Shown: piece by piece, positions 59,084 through 64,000 of the stretch
How the letters are laid out: each line of letters begins with the position of its first letter
Numbering within the stretch: the stretch's first letter is position 1
Origin: an uncultured Gemmatimonadales bacterium
GTDB taxonomy: Bacteria > Gemmatimonadota > Gemmatimonadetes > Longimicrobiales > Longimicrobiaceae
DNA: 64,000 nt
Direction: 5' to 3'
Assembly: GCA_963716255.1 (NCBI GenBank)
Contig: OY970303.1
Coordinates: forward strand, 5,344,001 to 5,408,000
Translations under genes and position numbers: made by a program
Notes under the pieces: model-generated
Databases searched by the model: none
What the model was told of the DNA's origin: nothing
The model's input: only the letters and a program-made list of their open reading frames with translations

Positions 59084-59665
59084 CTACCGGCGCAGCGCGT
59101 AGTGCAGGCCGACCACGCCGGTGGGATACGGCGTCGCGGACAGCAGCTCGAATGCCGCGTGCACGCCGTCCGGCAGCACCCGCTTGCCGCTCCCGAGCGT
59201 GATCGGGTACACCAGCAGGTGCAGCTCGTCCACCAGGCCGTGCTCGACCAGGGCGTGCACGAGCTGGCTGCTGCCGTCCGTCAGGATGTCGCCGCCGGAC
59301 TGCTCCTTGAGCGCGCGCACCGACTCGACCACGTTGTCGCGGATGATGGTCGTGTTGCGCCAGATGGGATCCTGGAGCGTCGCGGAAACGACGTACTTCT
59401 TCGGGGCGTTCATCAGGTCGCCGAAGAAGTCGCCTTCCGGCATGGGCTCGAACGCCTCCGCGTGGGTGACGTACGTACGCCGCCCCAGGAGGAACGCGTC
59501 GCAGCCCTGCATCATCTCGACGAAGGCCTTGCCGATGTCGTCGTGCCAGTAGGGCAGCGTCCAGCCGCCGTGCTCGAACCCTCCGTCCCGGTCCTCGTCC
59601 TTGCCGCCGGGCGCCTGCATCACGCCGTCCAGGGTCACGAACTCGGAAACGATCAGCTTTCTCAC
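59084..59665 (-). CDS. Dihydrofolate reductase/RibD C-terminal family protein (193 aa)
   Basis: GTG start with [69 protein letters not shown]. Confidence 0.92.
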   Translation of the reverse strand: MRKLIVSEFVTLDGVMQAPGGKDEDRDGGFEHGGWTLPYWHDDIGKAFVEMMQGCDAFLLGRRTYVTHAEAFEPMPEGDFFGDLMNAPKKYVVSATLQDPIWRNTTIIRDNVVESVRALKEQSGGDILTDGSSQLVHALVEHGLVDELHLLVYPITLGSGKRVLPDGVHAAFELLSATPYPTGVVGLHYALRR

Positions 59666-59754
59666 GGGGCCTCTCTGGTGGGGGTCGTCGGTCACCGCTT
59701 CACATGGGCGTCGAACGGGGATCCCGGAAATCGACACAGCAAAGGAGAAAGACG

Positions 59755-60168
59755 ATGGAGATCAGGCGTAGCGGATCGCAGCCCTCGGGGCGGGGACCGG
59801 CCGAGTGGTTCACCGGCACGGTCCGGATCGATCCGCTGTTCGGCGCGAACGCGCCGGCGCGGGCGGCCGGCAACGCGGTGACGTTCGAGCCCGGCGCCCG
59901 CACGGCATGGCACACCCATCCCCTGGGCCAGGTGCTCATCGTCACGGCGGGCTTCGGCCGGGTCCAGCGCGAGGGAGGCCCCGTCGAGGAGATCCGCCCG
60001 GGCGACGTGGTCTGGTTCGAGCCCGGCGAGAAGCACTGGCACGGCGCGTCGCCCACCACGGCGCTGACCCACATCGCCATCCAGGAGGCGCTGGACGGCA
60101 GGGCGGTGGACTGGCTGGAGCACGTCGCCGACGAGCAGTACCACGCCGGCACGCCGGGCGAGCGCTGA
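59755..60168 (+). CDS. Cupin-domain protein (bacterial hydroxynitrile-lyase-like subfamily, 137 aa)
   Basis: [61 protein letters not shown]. Confidence 0.9.
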   Translation: MEIRRSGSQPSGRGPAEWFTGTVRIDPLFGANAPARAAGNAVTFEPGARTAWHTHPLGQVLIVTAGFGRVQREGGPVEEIRPGDVVWFEPGEKHWHGASPTTALTHIAIQEALDGRAVDWLEHVADEQYHAGTPGER

Positions 60169-60203
60169 GCGCGGCGTCGGCCGCTCCGACAGGGTGGGAA
60201 TAC

Positions 60204-60239
60204 CAGAAGCCCGACAGCCAGGTGACTGTCGGGCTTCTG
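60204..60239. terminator. 14-bp hairpin downstream of both the cupin gene and the tRNA fragment
   Basis: CAGAAGCCCGACAG-N8-CTGTCGGGCTTCTG. Confidence 0.7.
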
Positions 60240-60249
60240 CTTCGCCGAG

Positions 60250-60294
60250 CCGGGCCCGCGGGATTTGAACCCGCGACACCCTGGACCCCATCCA
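60250..60294 (-). pseudogene. 3' half of tRNA-Pro(GGG); probable att site
   Basis: The - strand reads TGG-ATGGGGT-CCAGG-GTGTC-GCGGG-TTCAAAT-CCCGC-GGGCCCG: anticodon loop, perfect T-arm and 3' acceptor strand, with no D-arm or 5' acceptor strand. Confidence 0.8.
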
Positions 60295-60419
60295 TCGGTG
60301 CCGCGGTGTCATCTCTGGGGCAGAGTCACGATTCCGGGTCTACCATGACGCAGGAACAGCCCGGACGCGATGCGGCGGGTTCCCGGCCGGTGCGGCACCG
60401 GCCGGAGATCTTCGCGTCA

Positions 60420-60809
60420 TCAGCTCTCTGGAGAACCCGGCTGCTGGCCGGGGAGGACGAAGGAGCCGAGTTCGATCTGCGAGAAGCCCCCGTTGCCGCT
60501 GAGCTTCGCCTGGCCCAACCCGTTGACGGCCAGAGTCACCTGCCCTCCGCCTTCGTAGCGGAAGACCACCTCCTCGCCCTGGTAGCTGATGAGGACGCCC
60601 CATGTGGCCTTGCTGAATCCGCCGATCTGCTGGTCGCCGATGTCGAGGAAGTTGATCTCACCAAGCCCCGGGACGGTGACAACGACGTTTCCCAGCGCCT
60701 TCGGGACGACGTAGGGGGGATCGCGGGGGGCCACCTGGTGCGGGCCGACGGCTACGTCGTAGACGGTGATGGCGTACGCGTACGAGTTGCTGACGGTGAG
60801 GTTGTACAT
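60420..60809 (-). CDS. Hypothetical beta-rich protein (129 aa)
   Basis: GGGAG RBS before MYNLTVSNSY; protein-like composition (N/Y/F/I-rich) unlike the shadow ORFs; family not recognised. Confidence 0.75.
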   Translation of the reverse strand: MYNLTVSNSYAYAITVYDVAVGPHQVAPRDPPYVVPKALGNVVVTVPGLGEINFLDIGDQQIGGFSKATWGVLISYQGEEVVFRYEGGGQVTLAVNGLGQAKLSGNGGFSQIELGSFVLPGQQPGSPES

Positions 60810-60934
60810 GGTCGCGCTCCCGGGTCGGGATGGGGCTGCTGGGAAGGAGCGCGGAAGGTGGCCGCCTGCCCTTACTGGCGCAAGCAGACCGTTCAGGCCG
60901 TTCTGCAAGGGGAACGAGAAAGGCCCAGGTGGGT

Positions 60935-61564
60935 CTAGCAGGGTTGATCCGTTGACGGAGCCTGAGCAACGACGGCGGTTATCCCATTCGTGCTGGGTTC
61001 ATCGGGGGAGTCAATTTCCGTTCTGTGCCAGGGCTGCGGATTGAGGAAGGCGTGCAATGCAGTCCAAAATCCAGGACCACCCGCCTGCAAACTGCACTTT
61101 ATCGGCAAGATCTTTTGTATAAAATCATCACGTGCGATTTTCAGTGGTTTCCCAACGTGGAAGGATATTTCGCAACGCTCTGAATATATACTTTTCGCCA
61201 ACCGATCTACCCATACGGTGATCGCATCGGCGAAGAGTGCTTTCGTCAACTGAGATTCAATGGTATTGGTCGTAAGCAAACGCTGTAAATCTGCGATGAA
61301 ATGCTCTACTAAAGACACACTTAAAAGTAGTCTATCATCATCTATATATTTCTCAAGCTGTTCCTGATTATCCCCAATCCTGTCGAGAATAGGCGCCGCA
61401 TAGTGCCGAGCGTCCATCATCTGTGAAGAAAACCAAAGCTGATATAACGTGAGGCAGCTTAGCTTTCTTTCGGTGGCGCGTTGATGAACGAGTGTGTAGG
61501 CACTGAATACAAGTGCACAGACAGCGATTAGGTTGCTCAGCATGTCATCCTCTAGGATCACCAT
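60935..61564 (-). CDS. Low-GC hypothetical membrane-anchored protein (possibly DUF4760-like)
   Basis: AGGAGG RBS; one N-terminal TM helix (LIAVCALVFSAYTLV) followed by a helical domain (LTLYQLWFSSQMMDAR). Confidence 0.65.
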   Translation of the reverse strand: MVILEDDMLSNLIAVCALVFSAYTLVHQRATERKLSCLTLYQLWFSSQMMDARHYAAPILDRIGDNQEQLEKYIDDDRLLLSVSLVEHFIADLQRLLTTNTIESQLTKALFADAITVWVDRLAKSIYSERCEISFHVGKPLKIARDDFIQKILPIKCSLQAGGPGFWTALHAFLNPQPWHRTEIDSPDEPSTNGITAVVAQAPSTDQPC

Positions 61565-61576
61565 CTAATTCCCTCC

Positions 61577-62430
61577 TAGTAGAACGCCACGGCGTGGCAT
61601 CAGAAAAGAGGCGGCGGCGCGGCTCCCCTTGGAGGAGGTGAGCCATGCGTCCGAAGATGTATCGGGTTGAGTTGCCGGATGCGGCGCGCGTTCAACTTCT
61701 CCTGCTGGTTCGCTAGGGGAAGGCGCCTGCTCGTGCCCTCCAGCGTGCCCACATTCTCCTGCGAGCCGCCTAGCCCTGTTGACCCGCGGTGCTGATCCGA
61801 AGCTTGGCACGCACGCAGAGGTCTTCCTAGTCACGCTGGCGTGCAGCAATCCACCCCAGGAGCGCGAACACTGGACGATACAGTTGCTGGCGAACCGGCT
61901 AGAGGAGTTGGGCGTCGTTGAGGCGTTCTAGGATGAGATGGTGCGTCGCACGACCGAAAAAAACCTTAGGCCGTGGCAGAAGGCGCGGTCGTGCATCCCG
62001 GCCGTAGATGCGCCTTTGTCGCGCGCATGGAGGACGTGCTCGACCTCTGCGCTGAGCCTGCCGATCCGAAGCGACCGCTGGTGTGCTTCGATGAGATGCT
62101 CTACCAGATGCTCAGCGACGTCCGACCTCCTGAAGCCTTTGCGCTCGGGCGAGCTGCTCGGCACGGCTACGAGAAAAAGCTTGACGACACGCTTCCTCTA
62201 CTTCGCCCCACATGAGGGAGGTGAAACATAGGTCGCGCAGCGAAGGACCGCCCTCGGCGTCGCCTACAAACTGGCGTGCGATAGCCGACGTGTACTTCCC
62301 CCTTAGGCCGAGGATCCGCCTAGTCTGGGACAACTTGAACGTGCACACGCTGGCTGTGTTCGATCTGGCGTTCCCGCCCGCGAGGCGCGACGGATCGCCC
62401 AGAAAGTTTGAGCTGCACTATACGCTCCTA
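61577..62430 (+). mobile_element. Decayed IS630-family element (transposase pseudogene from ATG 61645)
   Basis: Fragments in shifting frames: MRPKMYRVEL, RAHILLRA, LACSNPPQEREHWTIQLLA, KNLRPWQ, FVARMEDVLDL, PKRPLVCFDE, IRLVWDNLNVH, KFELHYT; internal stops; TA-started end TAGTAGAACGCCACGG. Confidence 0.85.
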
Positions 62431-62456
62431 GGCAAGCGCGAAGATTGGTCAGCATG

Positions 62457-64000
62457 CTACCGCGCCTGTCCGTATGTAAAGTTATCCAGCAAAGGACGGT
62501 GCCCGACTTGGTCAAAGGCAATCGTCTTGATTGGCCGCCCAGGTGAACTGATGCCAAAGAATGCGTTGGCGGGGCGCTCACCTCCACGAATCTCATTCAA
62601 GCTAACATTGAGTGATCCACCGTCCCAGAATGTGACAACGACCGATTGCGATACGCAACACTCTGTGACGCCGTGGATGCTTCCGAAGTGTGCTCCCGCG
62701 GCAGTCACCGTCCCATTGGGAAGGGAGAAGAGGACACCTTGGCCATAGGTACCGCTCAAACCCGGAATGAGCGCATCGCCGAAAGGCGCTTCACTATTAA
62801 AGTAATTGTAAACTGTCTTATTGCTGGCCCATCCGGATATTGTCATGAAACCAGGCACGTTTGAATTACCCCAGGGGCTAGTTACGGTGATGGTGCCGTA
62901 CCGGGCCTCGGAATAGAAAGTCACTCCCTGGTTGTGCGGAATCGGCGACACGACACCATTTTGGATCCCGTCGAAGGTCAGCGTACCCATCACGTTGACA
63001 GCTGACTGAAAGGCCGATATCTGCGTGTAGAATCTGGGTAAAGGAAGAGAGACCGTTACAGCAGCAGTGGCCTGCATCCGTCCCAGCGCCGCCTCAATTT
63101 GCGTTGTGCCAACTGCGATGGCGCGGACCACACCCGACGCGTCCACGGTGGCGACCTGCGGGGTGATCGAGTTCCACTTCGCTTCCGCTTGGGCAGAGAG
63201 CTTAGAGCCAGCGACCGTGATCACTCGCACCGTAAAGGGAGCGGCTTGACCAATCTCTAACTTACTACTGGCCGGGTCGATCTCGATCCCGGTCGCGAGG
63301 CAAGGCGACGGGTCGAAAGGGTTGTCGCCATTAGGTTTGCTGCCAGGGGTTCTGTACTCCACGTGCAGGTGCGAGCTTTGCGAGCCGCCTGTATTTCCGG
63401 AGAGCGCAATCTGCTCCCCAGCCGCTACGGAGTGGCCCATCGCAAGGTTGCCCGTAGATCCCTTGGTCAGGTGCCCGTAGATCGTCCTCGATCCGTCACC
63501 GTGGAGAAGTTTTACGTAGAGGCCCCATCCCTTAATCATCTTGCCAGACCTGGGGTCCGGCTTGGGGAGGGGGCGCTCGTCAAATCCGATCTTCTCGACC
63601 ACGCCCCTGCGGCTAGCGTAAACGGGTAGCGGGGTCTGTGCGCGCAGGTCCAAGCCTTTATGCTTAGAACCGTCGTACTTGCTGCTCACTTGGACTTTGT
63701 CCAGCGGTGCGGACAGCACGTTGTAAGGGCAAGGTGTGACGTCCGTGCTCCCGACTCGCCGAGCCCAGCCATTCGCTATTGCGGCGGGGTTTTGTCCGAG
63801 TAGGGTTTGAAGCTGCGGAGCGACGGGAACAGAGCCCACCAACACGATGGCCTCAAGGGTGTCGTCCATCCGCCGCCAGTGGGTGAACGCCTCTGGCGGT
63901 AGTGCAGAGTGGAACCGCCGCGTGGCGGCGTCGTAAGTAGCCGCTACGGGAACGAAGTCGTCCAAGATCTCCTCGCCCTCGTTTTGCAGCATCTCAACGA
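62457..64000 (-). CDS. M23 metallopeptidase + Big_2 Ig-like + C-terminal beta domain protein, 5' end probably outside window
   Basis: HKGLDL (HxxxD), YGHL, SGNTG, HLHVEY; Ig-like WNSITPQVATVDASGVVRAIAVGTTQIEA; frame open to the window edge. Confidence 0.85.
   Translation of the reverse strand, partial: VEMLQNEGEEILDDFVPVAATYDAATRRFHSALPPEAFTHWRRMDDTLEAIVLVGSVPVAPQLQTLLGQNPAAIANGWARRVGSTDVTPCPYNVLSAPLDKVQVSSKYDGSKHKGLDLRAQTPLPVYASRRGVVEKIGFDERPLPKPDPRSGKMIKGWGLYVKLLHGDGSRTIYGHLTKGSTGNLAMGHSVAAGEQIALSGNTGGSQSSHLHVEYRTPGSKPNGDNPFDPSPCLATGIEIDPASSKLEIGQAAPFTVRVITVAGSKLSAQAEAKWNSITPQVATVDASGVVRAIAVGTTQIEAALGRMQATAAVTVSLPLPRFYTQISAFQSAVNVMGTLTFDGIQNGVVSPIPHNQGVTFYSEARYGTITVTSPWGNSNVPGFMTISGWASNKTVYNYFNSEAPFGDALIPGLSGTYGQGVLFSLPNGTVTAAGAHFGSIHGVTECCVSQSVVVTFWDGGSLNVSLNEIRGGERPANAFFGISSPGRPIKTIAFDQVGHRPLLDNFTYGQAR

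Larger units (their letters stand above)
60250..64000. mobile_element. Left edge of a putative tRNA-Pro-integrated genomic island
   Basis: tRNA fragment at the boundary, visibly lower GC from ~60900, orphan ORFs and an IS remnant; no integrase in the window. Confidence 0.55.

Noticed and set aside
56779..60168. Antiporter, GrpB, DHFR-like and cupin genes as tailoring or resistance genes of the cluster
   Set aside because: Widespread families in mixed orientation, transcribed separately; nothing in the sequence ties them to the pathway.
60250..60330. Functional tRNA-Pro
   Set aside because: No D-arm and no 5' strand to pair with GGGCCCG; the anticodon stem is only partly paired.

Overview
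High-GC diderm bacterial DNA (gene style suggests Gemmatimonadota/Longimicrobium-like; this is inference). About 43 kb is megasynthase. A + strand operon of three translationally coupled NRPS genes (12644-36383; 7 modules, two N-methyltransferases, an EHHxxHDG ureido-type first C domain) converges on a - strand hybrid NRPS-PKS gene (37078-56265; C-A-T x4, KS-AT-ACP, C-A-T, with beta-Ala and Asn modules). No thioesterase, reductase, epimerase, MbtH, PPTase or dedicated exporter is visible. To the left are a truncated hybrid histidine kinase, a PyrH/SttH-like tryptophan halogenase, a tamA-tamB pair (TamB has 73-aa tandem repeats) and a small SpoIIAA-like gene. Three copies of a ~130-nt multibranched element with fully compensated base-pair changes, each attached to a G-rich palindrome, lie at convergent gene ends. 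To the right are a CPA1 antiporter, GrpB, DHFR-like and cupin genes, then a tRNA-Pro 3' fragment with its terminator marking the probable edge of a lower-GC island (two orphan ORFs, a decayed IS630, a truncated M23 peptidase/Ig-like gene). A-domain specificity codes were aligned to GrsA by eye and need software confirmation; internal domain coordinates are approximate.
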